A stretch of 64,000 nt of DNA, from NCBI GenBank assembly GCA_946965045.2, contig OX337231.1:3162001-3226000 (forward strand), read 5' to 3'. This document shows, one piece after another, positions 52,874 through 63,960 of this stretch (position 1 is the stretch's first letter; each line of letters begins with the position of its first letter). The stretch comes from Epithemia pelagica. Taxonomy: Eukaryota > Protista > Bacillariophyta. The position numbers were made by a program, and so were the translations under genes. Under the pieces are notes generated by a model. It was given only the letters and a program-made list of their open reading frames with translations. It did not search any database and was not told the DNA's origin.

Positions 52874-54283
52874 CTATACCTTACTATAGTCCAACTTCGA
52901 TTCCAATTTCTTGTTGTCAAGGATCTTACGGGCAGCTTTCATGAAGTCCTCTTCCAACGTGTAGTCACGGTCAGCCCGAATTGCAAAAAGGCCAGCTTCC
53001 GTACAAATATTTCGCATGTCTGCCCCATTGAGTCCATCGGCAAGTTTGACCACCGACTCAAAATCAATGTCACCTCGCTTCGTGATATTCGAAGCATGAA
53101 TTTTTAGGATTTCCAGCCGCTGAGTTTCATTCGGCTCGGGAATTTCAATCTTCCGGTCCAATCGACCAGGACGTAAAAGGGCAGGATCTAGAATATCAGG
53201 ACGATTTGTGGCCATGACCATCTTAACCTGTCCTTGAGCTTCAAACCCATCCATCTGGTTTAGTAATTCCATGAGAGTGCGCTGAATCTCGCGATCAGCT
53301 GAAGTACCTTCCGAGAAACGCGAACCACCGATGGCATCAATTTCGTCCATAAAAATCACACAAGGTTCATGATCACGTGCGAATCCAAACATCTCCCGAA
53401 TAATTCGAGCAGACTCTCCAATATATTTGTCCACAATAGCCGATGCAACAACTTTGAGAAAAGTAGCATTGATGTTCGATGCTAGCGCTCGAGCTAAGAG
53501 TGTTTTCCCGGTACCTGGAGGTCCATAAAGAAGAACTCCCTTGGGTGCCTTAATTCCCACACGGACGAAAAGTTCTGGGTTTGTTAGAGGCAATTCAATG
53601 ACTTCTCTCAATTCACGAATCTGTTCATTCAGACCACCAATATCAGCGAAACTGACTCCTCCGTCTTCTTCGGATGCTTGCATGTGGAATACAGTGGGGT
53701 CTACCTCACGAGGAAGGACTCGCATGATCGTCAGCGTGGTCATATCAAGCGCAACACGGGTTCCAGGCTTCAACTTGTCTTGGTTCAATCGAGATCTACA
53801 TCCGACCACATATCGTGGTCCACTGCTAGCCTTAACGATGAAGCGTTCAGTATCAAGACGCTTCAATACATCACCAATGATCTGACCAACCGACTGGAGA
53901 GCATTAAGGTCATCTTCCGTCTTTTGGTATCGGCCTTGCAAACCTTTGACATCTTCACGCATTCGCTTCAAACGAGCTTCAACTTCGCGATGCTCGCGGA
54001 TTTTGGCCCGGTAGTCTTCGAGCACCTGTTCACGTTCCGAGCGCTGAACCTGCTGAACAACAGCGGCAGCAGGTGGGTCTGCTTGATCTGCAGCTTCATT
54101 CTCTCCTCCAGTATCACCTTCTGTATTCCCATTTCCTTCATTGTTTGACTCGTTGCTGTTGTCGTTGTTCTCGTTGTTTTGACCACCTTCATTGTTTTGC
54201 TCATTCCCTTCATTGTTGCTTTCGTTCGCCTCACCGGCGCCTTCGTCATTTGCGGATGGTGCTGCTGCGTTTTCGTCACTCAT
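52874..54283 (-). CDS. RPT4: 26S proteasome AAA-ATPase subunit RPT4 (PSMC6)
   Basis: [55 protein letters not shown]. Confidence 0.95.
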   Translation of the reverse strand: MSDENAAAPSANDEGAGEANESNNEGNEQNNEGGQNNENNDNSNESNNEGNGNTEGDTGGENEAADQADPPAAAVVQQVQRSEREQVLEDYRAKIREHREVEARLKRMREDVKGLQGRYQKTEDDLNALQSVGQIIGDVLKRLDTERFIVKASSGPRYVVGCRSRLNQDKLKPGTRVALDMTTLTIMRVLPREVDPTVFHMQASEEDGGVSFADIGGLNEQIRELREVIELPLTNPELFVRVGIKAPKGVLLYGPPGTGKTLLARALASNINATFLKVVASAIVDKYIGESARIIREMFGFARDHEPCVIFMDEIDAIGGSRFSEGTSADREIQRTLMELLNQMDGFEAQGQVKMVMATNRPDILDPALLRPGRLDRKIEIPEPNETQRLEILKIHASNITKRGDIDFESVVKLADGLNGADMRNICTEAGLFAIRADRDYTLEEDFMKAARKILDNKKLESKLDYSKV

Positions 54284-54542
54284 TTTGGTATGAATGGTCT
54301 TTCAAACTAAGTTACTCAAAGAGAGCCACCACAAACCACTGGATTGATGAAGGCAATGGCGTCTCCAAAGTCCAAAATCTTTTGAGATCCGACTGCTTCC
54401 AAATCACGAGTCGCACAAAGCCGGCTATGAAGCAGGAAGCGCTATATGCATGGCAAAAAAAACATAGCTTAGAGAGAGAGGCGACCATTTTTGCCATCCT
54501 GACAATGAAGCTTCAATGGTCGAAAGTCGAAAGACATCTCGA

Positions 54543-55916
54543 ATGAAACTCCCCTTTTGCAGGATCACTTTTGTCGTCCATGTTATAATCGTCTGGCTAT
54601 TCGGCTTAGCCTCTGCAGAAAAAGCGTATCCTCTCGGTTGTTCTGGTCGTGATCCAAGTTTCTATGATTATGAACGTTACCCTTTTCCTCCCAAGGATCC
54701 ACTCATTTTGAAGGTGGCCGCCGCAACCGAGATCAGCGGTCTTCCACTCCTAAGGACTCAGGATGATTTTCTGATTTATAAGCGTCTTGGCACAGGAAAA
54801 TTCAGTGACGTTTTCGAAGCAGTTGACTTGAAATGGTCGACGAAGAGCAGAGAGGACAGCCCTCCTAACCAATCATCGATTGTTGTCTTGAAGTGCTTGA
54901 AGCCTGTTTCGGAACGCAAAATACGAAGAGAAGTATTGGTTTTGCATCACGCATCGCGGTTGCCCAACCTTGCACGAATGCTTGGTGTAGTGTTGCCAAA
55001 AAATCCACTACATCAGTCCTCTGGAAGAGCTGATGATAGCGAAACTACAGTTGTCAGGCAGCATCCCCGCATGCCAACTCTTATCTTAGCCCACGCTGGA
55101 AAAGGATCGCAGTGGTTTTGTCACAATAGCCGAACTTCCTGCAGTACGGCAAAGTCTACTGGTTTTGACACTGATGGGCGGGATGGAGACGATTTTGGGA
55201 TCTTATCACAGCATGAAGTGAGGTATTTTCTTTTCCATTTGTTGATTGCTCTAGATTCCTTGCACGCCTGCGGAATCATGCACAGAGATGTGAAGCCACG
55301 CAATGTTCTAATTCATCGTAAAGAAAAGCGGCTAATGCTGATCGATCTGGGTTTGGCTGATTTCTATCTTCCTCACCAACGCTACAACGTACGAGTTGCC
55401 TCGCGCCACTACAAAAGTCCTGAGCTGTTGTTGGGATATGAATGGTACGATTATGCAATTGACATGTGGGGAGTCGGCTGTATACTTGCAGGGCTCTTGT
55501 TTCATCGGGAACCACTGTTTCGAGGGAGAGACAATCTGGATCAGCTGGGGAAAATTATATCTCGGCTTGGAACTACAGATTTGATCAACTATGCGATTCG
55601 ATACAATATGCAGCTTTCCAGTGACGTTCAATCTCTGATTTCACAGTATCACGACAAGGGAAACGTCCATCGACGGCCTTGGCTTGACTTATTTACCTCA
55701 TCGCGTATGCAGCCATCGTCAACGGGAAACGTCAATCCAATGGAACAGCTGGATAACTTTTGGTTGCAAGGAATTGATCTGGTCGACAGACTGTTAGTAT
55801 ACGATCACGACGAGCGATGGACAGCGAGACAAGCAATGCAGCATCGATTCTTTGATGGGGTTCGCGATGATGTCCTTCGTCAGGTACAAACCACAGCTGC
55901 TAGTTCTCGAACTTGA
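54543..55916 (+). CDS. Casein kinase II alpha-like kinase with N-terminal signal peptide
   Basis: LGTGKFSDVF, LKCLKPV, HRDVKPRN, IDLGLADFY, YNVRVASRHYKSPELL, DMWGVGC; hydrophobic N-terminus ending ASA. Confidence 0.88.
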   Translation: MKLPFCRITFVVHVIIVWLFGLASAEKAYPLGCSGRDPSFYDYERYPFPPKDPLILKVAAATEISGLPLLRTQDDFLIYKRLGTGKFSDVFEAVDLKWSTKSREDSPPNQSSIVVLKCLKPVSERKIRREVLVLHHASRLPNLARMLGVVLPKNPLHQSSGRADDSETTVVRQHPRMPTLILAHAGKGSQWFCHNSRTSCSTAKSTGFDTDGRDGDDFGILSQHEVRYFLFHLLIALDSLHACGIMHRDVKPRNVLIHRKEKRLMLIDLGLADFYLPHQRYNVRVASRHYKSPELLLGYEWYDYAIDMWGVGCILAGLLFHREPLFRGRDNLDQLGKIISRLGTTDLINYAIRYNMQLSSDVQSLISQYHDKGNVHRRPWLDLFTSSRMQPSSTGNVNPMEQLDNFWLQGIDLVDRLLVYDHDERWTARQAMQHRFFDGVRDDVLRQVQTTAASSRT

Positions 55917-56038
55917 AGGCATACACAGGTTTGAGCTACAGTTTTTCATAAGCATCGACCAAGACGTCGTGGATGTTTCCAGCTATCAAATTCTAAAAAG
56001 GGCGTCTAAATACCATCCGTCAGAGTTTACTAGGTAAT

Positions 56039-57169
56039 CTAAAAGGAGTCAGCAGGCCATATCAAGTGGGGACATTGATCCATAATATCTGGCATTGAAA
56101 CTCCTTGCTGACCTAGTGGCCGATACATCCATCCCTCGTCATTCGCCTGCTCAATTTCATTCTCCCAAAGTTGAAAGTCAGAACCTTGCTTTTGTTGTTC
56201 AATGGCGTCGATGATGAATGTCGGAAGATGCAATTTGATTGTATCATCGGATGAATCTGACAAGATTCGGTTGGATGCGTAGCCAAGAAGGCTAGGAAGA
56301 ACCTTGTTGATTGTAGTGAGATCCAGATTATAACCAAACTCACGAAGTTGCAACTTGTCTCCTCGTGAGCGAAGGGATAACCAACCAAGAACAGTGTCTT
56401 CGTCGGTTCCAGTTTTCTTTTTCAACAGCCAGAGTGAACCCTCAAGCTCATGACTCAGGTAATTGTTCCAGTAAAGTTCGGATCGGACGATGGCCCCAGC
56501 AAACTTTTTCTCATAGTATTTTTGATGTAGTTGCATCAGTTGCTTGGTATCATCGGGGAACTTTGCATGGCTAATGGCAACATTCTCATCGAGCGCCACA
56601 CTGGACAGCCGATCTCGTTGAATGAGTGTGGTTGACCATTTGGATACCGTGCATACGTAACCAACCTTTTGATAAACAGGAAAGAAACTCGGTGCGGCAT
56701 GAAGCAGCGAGAGTTGCATGCCCTCACTTTCCATTATCTGAATGGCGTCGAGGAGCAATTCTTTCGACAAGCCCCGTTTTCGGTGGGCTTCAAGGGTGCA
56801 CACTTCACCTATGCCTCCAGCTCGAATGGTTCCAGCGAAACCATTTCCTCCTGAGATTGTGCGATGAAATATTCGACAGGATGCCACCACTTTTTCTTCA
56901 AACATTGCTACCCGGATGAAGGAGGCATTCCGATCTGGATCATTGTAGAAGTGTTGTGCAAAGTAGGATGCAGGTGGCGGGTTGTCCTTGTATGCAAAGA
57001 CAGACGCACAAAACTCGGCCCATGATGGTACTTCTTCATCACTCAAGCCACGCAGAGTATAGTTCGCGGGTGTATCATTTCCTGTCACCTGAACAGTAAG
57101 TTGACGTTCCATTGTCGTAGACACCGTCATGTTGGATGGATCATGAATCTCTTCTGAATGTGCAGACAT
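56039..57169 (-). CDS. GNAT acetyltransferase (Eis-like)
   Basis: AGGIGEVCTLEAHRKRGLSKELL (motif A), LSLLHAA...YQKVGY. Confidence 0.85.
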   Translation of the reverse strand: MSAHSEEIHDPSNMTVSTTMERQLTVQVTGNDTPANYTLRGLSDEEVPSWAEFCASVFAYKDNPPPASYFAQHFYNDPDRNASFIRVAMFEEKVVASCRIFHRTISGGNGFAGTIRAGGIGEVCTLEAHRKRGLSKELLLDAIQIMESEGMQLSLLHAAPSFFPVYQKVGYVCTVSKWSTTLIQRDRLSSVALDENVAISHAKFPDDTKQLMQLHQKYYEKKFAGAIVRSELYWNNYLSHELEGSLWLLKKKTGTDEDTVLGWLSLRSRGDKLQLREFGYNLDLTTINKVLPSLLGYASNRILSDSSDDTIKLHLPTFIIDAIEQQKQGSDFQLWENEIEQANDEGWMYRPLGQQGVSMPDIMDQCPHLIWPADSF

Positions 57170-57968
57170 GTTGCGAAGAAGTGACCCGCGCTCGGGAATC
57201 AGAATCGGGAACGGAGTCCTCGATCATTCTTGGAAATGACATCATACATCCTACTCGTACATCGTGGAACAAACTCCCCCAATACGAATATCCGTACTCG
57301 TACGTACGAGTACCTAACCGGCCGCTAAACGTGTGCATTTGAAAAGTTCAAAGGCTTATCAATAATGGTCCCCATAACTTGGAAGGGGCAAGCACGCCAT
57401 TTGAATTGCCTTGACGCGATACTACGAGTACATCCATCCCATGAGATTAGTGTTTGAAAATATGCCTTCCATCGTGGCGTACAACTACAGTCTGTCTACT
57501 TCTGATTGTGAGAAGAAACTGTACCACCATACGATAAAGTGTATGAAAAGTGGTCAGAAGTCAGAAGTCAGTGGGGGGCATGGGCAATATTAACTATGTA
57601 ATCGTCTTTTGGAAATAGCCAACTGAAAAATGGAAGGGACAGATCATGATGACACTTCGCATTCGTGGTTATCGATCCTCAGCGGACGACCCTCTTTTCT
57701 TTGTTTATATTTCATTTATATATAGCACGAGATCACTTGGGTGTACAATCTTAGAGGCCCAACAAGATAACTCTTTCTTCTCCCTGCCACAATTTGAAAC
57801 ATACGAGTACTGTGTGGGATGCCGTTCTAGCTTCATCGCGGGGGAATTGAACACCATAAAAGCAAAAGACTGTGCCGAGAGTCCAGAAAGTCCAAGTTGT
57901 TCGTGCCGCTTGCATCTTGACCCACTCACAAGCTACACTCGTTCGGAGATACCACTAGTTGAACCAAA

Positions 57969-58670
57969 ATGGCAGAAGTTGATTACGGATACGGAGATGG
58001 TGCACCAGCCACTGATTATGGTTACGGAGATGGTGCTCCCGACTCCACGGACTATGGCTACGGAGATGCTGCCCCCGACTCCACTGACTACGGCTATGGC
58101 GATGGCGCGCCTGATGGGGAACCGGCGGACAAGACAGACTACGGTTACGGGGATGCCCAACCTGATTACGGCTATGGTGATTCCAAGCCGGACAACACAG
58201 ACTATGGCTACGGTGATGCGCAACCCGATTATGGCTACGGTGACGCTGAACCGGACTATGGGTACGGAGAGGCAAAGCCGGATATGGAATACGGGGACGC
58301 GCCTCCTCCACCCAAGCCAGCGGTACAGAATGACAAGCGCCCCAAGAGACGTTGTTCTGTGACACGGTTTTCGATTGAAGCCGAAGCTTGTGATCGCCCG
58401 TTGGACTACAACTGGCAGGGTCAACAACCACAAGAGTCGGCTCCGGTCCCACCTCCCGAACAACGACCAGAACAACCGCAAGAACAGTATCCTCAAGCCG
58501 ACGAAAAATCAACAGCAATGACGGAAGCAACTGCAAATAGTTCAGATGGAACTGCGGATGCTGACGATGATGGTGGCATGCTTGCCAAGGTCAAACTATC
58601 AGCCATGAACAGTAAACCCAAGAAGAAGGGCATGTTGGGCAAGATCCGAAAGCGCTTATCGATCATTTAG
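57969..58670 (+). CDS. Tyr/Gly/Asp repeat protein (DYGYGD x8 + 2 degenerate)
   Basis: Tandem DYGYGD units with synonymous variation; RPKRRCSVTRFS; basic C-terminal tail. Confidence 0.85.
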   Translation: MAEVDYGYGDGAPATDYGYGDGAPDSTDYGYGDAAPDSTDYGYGDGAPDGEPADKTDYGYGDAQPDYGYGDSKPDNTDYGYGDAQPDYGYGDAEPDYGYGEAKPDMEYGDAPPPPKPAVQNDKRPKRRCSVTRFSIEAEACDRPLDYNWQGQQPQESAPVPPPEQRPEQPQEQYPQADEKSTAMTEATANSSDGTADADDDGGMLAKVKLSAMNSKPKKKGMLGKIRKRLSII

Positions 58671-59120
58671 AGCTCACACGTCGTACGGTATTGACCGGGG
58701 CGAGCTCTCTTTCATTTCTGCATGTTATGGGGGAACAGCCAGTGTCTAGCGCTGTGAGCTTGCTGACATTCGTTGCTTGTCAATAATAATACAGCCATAA
58801 ACTACACATCATCAAATAGTAACATCCATTTCGAGTTTTACACTTGACGAAGCACACCTATTCGTGCTATATGCTAAATATCTACCCTGGTCTATGTCAC
58901 CACTTGCCTGAGTAAAAGTACTCTTACAGGTGACTGGAACAGTCACACAAGCAATTCACAGTCACCGAGCGTGGTCGAAATAGTTCTACGGTGGAAAGAG
59001 CTGCAATGGACGGTCGCCATCTCCAGACTTTTGGCATCTAAGGAGCTACTGATAGAGCCGCTTGCACGCTCCGCAAAATGTGCCATATCTTTGGAGACAC
59101 AATGGGCGCCGCCAAATATT

Positions 59121-59891
59121 CTATGTTTCCTCGCGCTTCTTCATAAAAAAATTGGGATCTCGTTTGAATCGGTTCTCAAATCGTTTGAACCATCGATCAA
59201 AAATGTTTTGTGGAACAATCATGTTGCCAGGGCCAGCATTGCCTGTATCGAACGATCTCATGAAATCAAACAAATCATAGGCAATTTGTTGTGCAACAAA
59301 GAGCCTTCCTTCTTGGTTGTTGTTGCTATTGGTGCTCAGGTTTTGAATGTTGGCCAAAGGTTCAATGGAGGCGGCAATCGTCACCATGAGTGGCGTCCCT
59401 CTGCTCACCAACTCCAAAAGCTGTTCCTTTTCACTCCAACCTGTTTGAAAGACCGACGAGGGTTGCTCAGGTGTTAGAGCACCCAACAATTCAAAACCAG
59501 TCGAAGCAGGAGGCTCGCTGTTGATGGGGACAGTGGATGGATTGAGTGCCGCCGTGAGTTGTACATAGCAAAGAACGCCATGGTCGGGCGGGAGAGTGAT
59601 TCCAGGAAGAATAAAAAAGACAATCTCACGAATCGTTGCCAAGGGAGGCACCAAGTCACCGGGGCAAGTCAAATTCAACGTGTACTTGAGCCCCGATGCG
59701 TCCACGGGAACGAAATCGGTTCGGACGGGTCGTCCAGGGATGACTATTCCAAAGGCGGCAGCAGCTTGTGGTGGTTGCGGCGGTGGCTGTGGCTGTGGCT
59801 GTGGTTGCGGTGGAGATACGTACGGGGGGCTAGCATTCACTGGCGGGCCATCCGCCATGGAGAAGGCTTCCATTTGCGCAGCAATGTTCAT
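59121..59891 (-). CDS. Hikeshi/OPI10 (DUF775) family protein
   Basis: FGIVIPGRP, FELLGAL...PSSVF, IAASIEPL, FDFMRSF, PQNIFDRWFKRFENRFKRDPNFF. Confidence 0.85.
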   Translation of the reverse strand: MNIAAQMEAFSMADGPPVNASPPYVSPPQPQPQPQPPPQPPQAAAAFGIVIPGRPVRTDFVPVDASGLKYTLNLTCPGDLVPPLATIREIVFFILPGITLPPDHGVLCYVQLTAALNPSTVPINSEPPASTGFELLGALTPEQPSSVFQTGWSEKEQLLELVSRGTPLMVTIAASIEPLANIQNLSTNSNNNQEGRLFVAQQIAYDLFDFMRSFDTGNAGPGNMIVPQNIFDRWFKRFENRFKRDPNFFMKKREET

Positions 59892-60212
59892 GGTGAGTTG
59901 GTTGTTGTCACTGTGAAGAGAAAGCAATCGAGGGTTCGCGATTCGCTCCCGCGCGATTGGCGCATGTATTGTATACGCGACCAGAAAGTTTGGGGAAGCT
60001 ACCGTAGTAGAAAGAGAAGAGGTAGGAATCCTATGCAAAAGATAAAGTAGGAGTAGTCAGAGTTCTTTTTGTCTATCTTTGAGTTATTCTCCGGCCTCAT
60101 GCATTATGATTAGGAGTATTTCTTATTTGTTCAAATCCCAACTATGGATTTGATCTCTTGTCTATTTTTGTTTATTTCTTCAGTTATTTCGTGTGGCATT
60201 CAGTGGTCCCCT

Positions 60213-61301
60213 TTAGCAGTACAATTCTTCAATCTTTTTGTATACCAAGTCAAGCGAGACTTGATCTGTTCTATCCTTCCCAATAGCAAGAGCTTCCAGT
60301 GCTTGCTTTTTCAACAGATTCTGCGCACGTCGAGATCGTCCAGTGAGGCGTGCCGAATGCATCAGGGCTGCCACAGCAATCAGAGAGGGGGAGAACTGCA
60401 AAAAGGAGGGATCTGAGACGGAGACATCGCAAATCGTGGGATAAATCTGCTCCATATCCACGACGCTCTCTTCCCCATTGGTCAGGAGAACACCCACTAG
60501 TTCTCGACAAAATCCAATGGACGTGGGTGGTGTAATTCTCCACCGCAAGGCCCCCAACATTTCAAGTTCTGTAGACGCAATGTCTTCTGGTTGATAAAAT
60601 TCTCGGCTCATGAGCGAGAAGGACTCCAGTCCCATCTTGCGTGGAAATGGTTCCAGTACCTTTACAGCCATATACAAGGCCGTCATGGCGAAAAGTTGAT
60701 AATCTTCCCTTGTAATGGGAGGACTTTCGGGACGAATAATCTCAAACATGGTATACCGGTCCAATGTGTTGAACGCCATTGACAATACGGCACTGCGATC
60801 AATCTGGGAATGATCGACAACCATACAGGCCCAGTCAAACATTTGCAAGCGCCATTTTGCCATTTCTGGATAACCAGTAATGACTTCTCCTTCAGCAAGC
60901 TCGTGATTGTCCGAAGACAAAGTAAAGCCATTATCACCCGACTGGAAGCTAGAAGTCGAACTTGAACTGTTCGTATCGACGTCGGGTTCCTCCACAAGGC
61001 TGTTACTGTGCTTCATCACACAAGAGGGAGAATTTGGTGATGCGTCACTCCGTTTTCCCTGAGGGGTGGCATCCAGGCGTTGTGCCGATATCCTTGCTGA
61101 TGGATCAGTTACCAAGGATGCACATTCGTGTAACAAGAGGTGCACCACAGAGGAGTTCGTACTCTCGGGGGATATCGGCATTTCCGGAACTACTGTCGAT
61201 TCAGGCCTTGGTCGCTTCATGGAGATGACTTTTCCTGTGTAGTCCGGGCATTCGTAATGCCGTTCCTGGATCCTCATCGCCTCCACTCGTGAAGTGATCA
61301 T
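60213..61301 (-). CDS. Cyclin (diatom-specific dsCYC-like)
   Basis: Cyclin box WRLQMFDW...AFNTLDRY...YQLFAMTALYMAVK...ELEMLGALRWRITPPT; PSLIAVAAL. Confidence 0.88.
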   Translation of the reverse strand: MITSRVEAMRIQERHYECPDYTGKVISMKRPRPESTVVPEMPISPESTNSSVVHLLLHECASLVTDPSARISAQRLDATPQGKRSDASPNSPSCVMKHSNSLVEEPDVDTNSSSSTSSFQSGDNGFTLSSDNHELAEGEVITGYPEMAKWRLQMFDWACMVVDHSQIDRSAVLSMAFNTLDRYTMFEIIRPESPPITREDYQLFAMTALYMAVKVLEPFPRKMGLESFSLMSREFYQPEDIASTELEMLGALRWRITPPTSIGFCRELVGVLLTNGEESVVDMEQIYPTICDVSVSDPSFLQFSPSLIAVAALMHSARLTGRSRRAQNLLKKQALEALAIGKDRTDQVSLDLVYKKIEELYC

Positions 61302-62102
61302 TGTTTTTCTCTCTCTTCCCTTGTGTCCTCTTCTCGTAAGTTTTCGGAATTGTGAGATATGTTTTGTGCTATTGCGTGGTGGGATCTTTTTTCACGGTCG
61401 TTGTGCTGCTCCAACCGCTCCATTGGATGCAGTTGAAGCGAAAAAATGGTGGTGCAAAAGAGGCGCGGTGGCAGGTTTTCCACCTTGACAAAGAGAGCGA
61501 GCACGTGGATGGGCGAAGACACAAACACATAGACGCTTTAAATTAATCGAAGAAAGGTGCGGCTGTAAGTAATTTAATCGAACAAAGAGAAGACGGTTAA
61601 ATTAAGGCTTGCTTAAGGTGCAACTCCTATATCATCTTTAATAGCTACATGCCTTGCCGGTGATAAGTAGTACTATAGCCTTTACAGTGGTCACGCTGTT
61701 GGCGCCACCGCAGATTGGGCCATCTGGTACCGCTAACAGACAGCAAGAGGACACCCGCACCATAAGTGACGAGTATCTTATTGCTTCTGACGTGGCCCTA
61801 AGATCTCTTAGGACTTCGTCGTCATCCTTCAAATAAATAATCATAACAACTTCCCCCAGCGATGCGGCTCGCGGGCGAAAAATCATGTCACAGACAAATC
61901 CCCCAACGGTCGCGCGCAAATGCACGCAACGCAACGGACTCGCTCTCACTTTTGTTTGGACATGGAAAAAGAAAACGAAAACCACATGTCAATTGTCAAA
62001 TATCAACATGTTGATTGGTGATGTCTCTCTCTTCATTCTCAAAGCAAAAATCCCAAGAATCTTTGACCCTTGCGACAGGGCAGCGTCAGACGGCTATCAT
62101 CA

Positions 62103-63110
62103 ATGACATTCCTGTTACGTACACGTTGCCCATGGTTGACACTTTCATCCAACAAGCAATCATTGGGTGTTGCGTGGTCGGCAAGACATCATCTTACGAA
62201 CAACCAGAACGCTTTCTTGTCGTTCCGAACGTTTCGGAACCAGAGTTCGCAGGCCAGTAAGGAGGATCGCCAAGTACTGTTGGACCACTTGACCAATGCT
62301 GAAAATGTACCGGGAGGGATTGTATCTATCCTCACATTAAACCGGCCCAATGCGGCAAATGCCATGAGCAAGACCATGTTGCAACAACTAAAAGAAGCAT
62401 TGGCGCATCTAGAACACAACCCGTCTAGGTGTGTCATTGTGGCATCGTCTTCAAACAAGGTATTTTCTGCGGGTGCTGATTTGAAAGAGCGCCGGACCAT
62501 GACACTGGAGGAAGCACAAGACTTTGTGACAGACTTGCGGCGAACGATGCACCGAGTAAGCGAGTTGCCCATGCCGGTCATTGCGGCCATGTCGGGGACG
62601 GCCTTGGGAGGAGGTCTGGAACTGGCCTTGTGCGCAGATATACGAGTGGCCAATCGATCTGCAGTTCTTGGGTTGGTTGAAACATCTTTGGCCATTGTTC
62701 CTGGTGCAGGAGGAACCCAACGGTTGCCTCGAATAATTGGAGTTTCCAAGGCCAAGGAACTCATTTTCACCGCAAGCAAAATATCGGCCGATCAAGCGCT
62801 CTCATATGGGCTTGTCGACTATGTGGTTCAAGATTCCCAGGCTTACGACAACGATGATAAAGACAAGAGCGCCGAGTATCCACCAGTGGTTGATAAAGCT
62901 TTGGATATAGCATGGAAGATCGCACGAAATGGTCCCTTGGCCGTAAAGGCTTCGAAAAGGGCTATTGATCAAGGCATGTTTGCCCCCAATATGGAGGTTG
63001 CACTGGATGTGGAACGAGAATGTTATGCATCAATATTGAAAACAGAGGATAGACTCGAAGGATTAGCTGCTTTTGCTGAGAAACGAACTCCTGAATACAC
63101 GGGAAAGTAA
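62103..63110 (+). CDS. Enoyl-CoA hydratase family, methylglutaconyl-CoA hydratase (AUH)-like, mitochondrial
   Basis: LNRPNAANA, FSAGADLKE, ALGGGLELAL, GLVETSLAIVPGAGGTQRLPR, TEDRLEGLAAF; R/S-rich presequence. Confidence 0.9.
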   Translation: MTFLLRTRCPWLTLSSNKQSLGVAWSARHHLTNNQNAFLSFRTFRNQSSQASKEDRQVLLDHLTNAENVPGGIVSILTLNRPNAANAMSKTMLQQLKEALAHLEHNPSRCVIVASSSNKVFSAGADLKERRTMTLEEAQDFVTDLRRTMHRVSELPMPVIAAMSGTALGGGLELALCADIRVANRSAVLGLVETSLAIVPGAGGTQRLPRIIGVSKAKELIFTASKISADQALSYGLVDYVVQDSQAYDNDDKDKSAEYPPVVDKALDIAWKIARNGPLAVKASKRAIDQGMFAPNMEVALDVERECYASILKTEDRLEGLAAFAEKRTPEYTGK

Positions 63111-63207
63111 GCGTTGCAAGACACCATGCTGCTATAATAGAGTAGGCTAGAAGAAATGATGTACCAACCTCCATTTTCAAGCCAATCCTCTGATCAATTC
63201 ATCAACT

Positions 63208-63960
63208 TCACAGCTCCACAACTTTGGTGTCGAATTTGCGTTCCACCAAAACATAGAACATGCCAGCCAACACAATAGCGTTCGCGACCGAGTGCACCTG
63301 ACTTTGCCAATCCACAGGGGTGATACCATCCAGAATTCCGCTCGTAACGGCAATCAAGGCAATGGCCCCCGCAATACGTGGTCTTGTTTTCTGCCAGTAT
63401 TCTTGATGATAGTTTTCGGCCCGATAAAAGGGCGTTTGCTCTTCAATTTGGGTGAAAGTGGACGGAAAACCATCTCGGTTGCGACGTTCTTGTTGAATCC
63501 ATTCCTTGGCCACTCGTTCTTGATCTGGATTGTGTGGGAAAATAATAGATGCATATTGTCTGGAGCCAATCTTTGGTTCTTGTGCTTCAAAAAAGGCTTC
63601 AAGCAACTGAGGGTAGGTAATTTGAGTGTCGTCGTAGATGACACGAACGCCTTCGACCCAGTCTCGACTGAAGCAAACATTCTCATACGTGGGTGGTCGC
63701 TCGACGTCCTTGACACCCGTGTATCCAACGATGGTGTCTATTACACCTGGTTCTTTGAGTAATTCTTCCGATGGCTTCCAAAAACATCCCATGCCGAATG
63801 TCGCCTCACAAGTGGCATACAACGGACGAGGTCGTGATTGGAACTTGGAAGACGAAACAAAGCCATCGGCATATGACACCAGCAGTAATAGCGCAAGAAA
63901 GGGAAACGCGTTACCACTGTGTCTCTCCATGATTCTCCCGTTCGTCATGTTGGCCGCCAT
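63208..63960 (-). CDS. msrA: Peptide methionine sulfoxide reductase A-like with C-terminal TM helices
   Basis: TFGMGCFW, VGYTG, EGVRVIYD, QYASIIF, FYRAENYHQEYW; signal ending ADG-F. Confidence 0.85.
   Translation of the reverse strand: MAANMTNGRIMERHSGNAFPFLALLLLVSYADGFVSSSKFQSRPRPLYATCEATFGMGCFWKPSEELLKEPGVIDTIVGYTGVKDVERPPTYENVCFSRDWVEGVRVIYDDTQITYPQLLEAFFEAQEPKIGSRQYASIIFPHNPDQERVAKEWIQQERRNRDGFPSTFTQIEEQTPFYRAENYHQEYWQKTRPRIAGAIALIAVTSGILDGITPVDWQSQVHSVANAIVLAGMFYVLVERKFDTKVVEL

Noticed and set aside
13070-54283. Proteasome gene cluster (RPT3 and RPT4 in one window)
   Set aside because: About 38 kb apart on opposite strands with many unrelated genes between; compatible with chance.
54080-54283. 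N/E/G-rich N-terminal extension of RPT4
   Set aside because: Disordered acidic N-termini of variable length are common in Rpt subunits; no further structure seen.
58000-58300. CRISPR-like or satellite array
   Set aside because: The repeats are in-frame codon repeats with synonymous variation encoding DYGYGD; no constant repeat/unique spacer structure.
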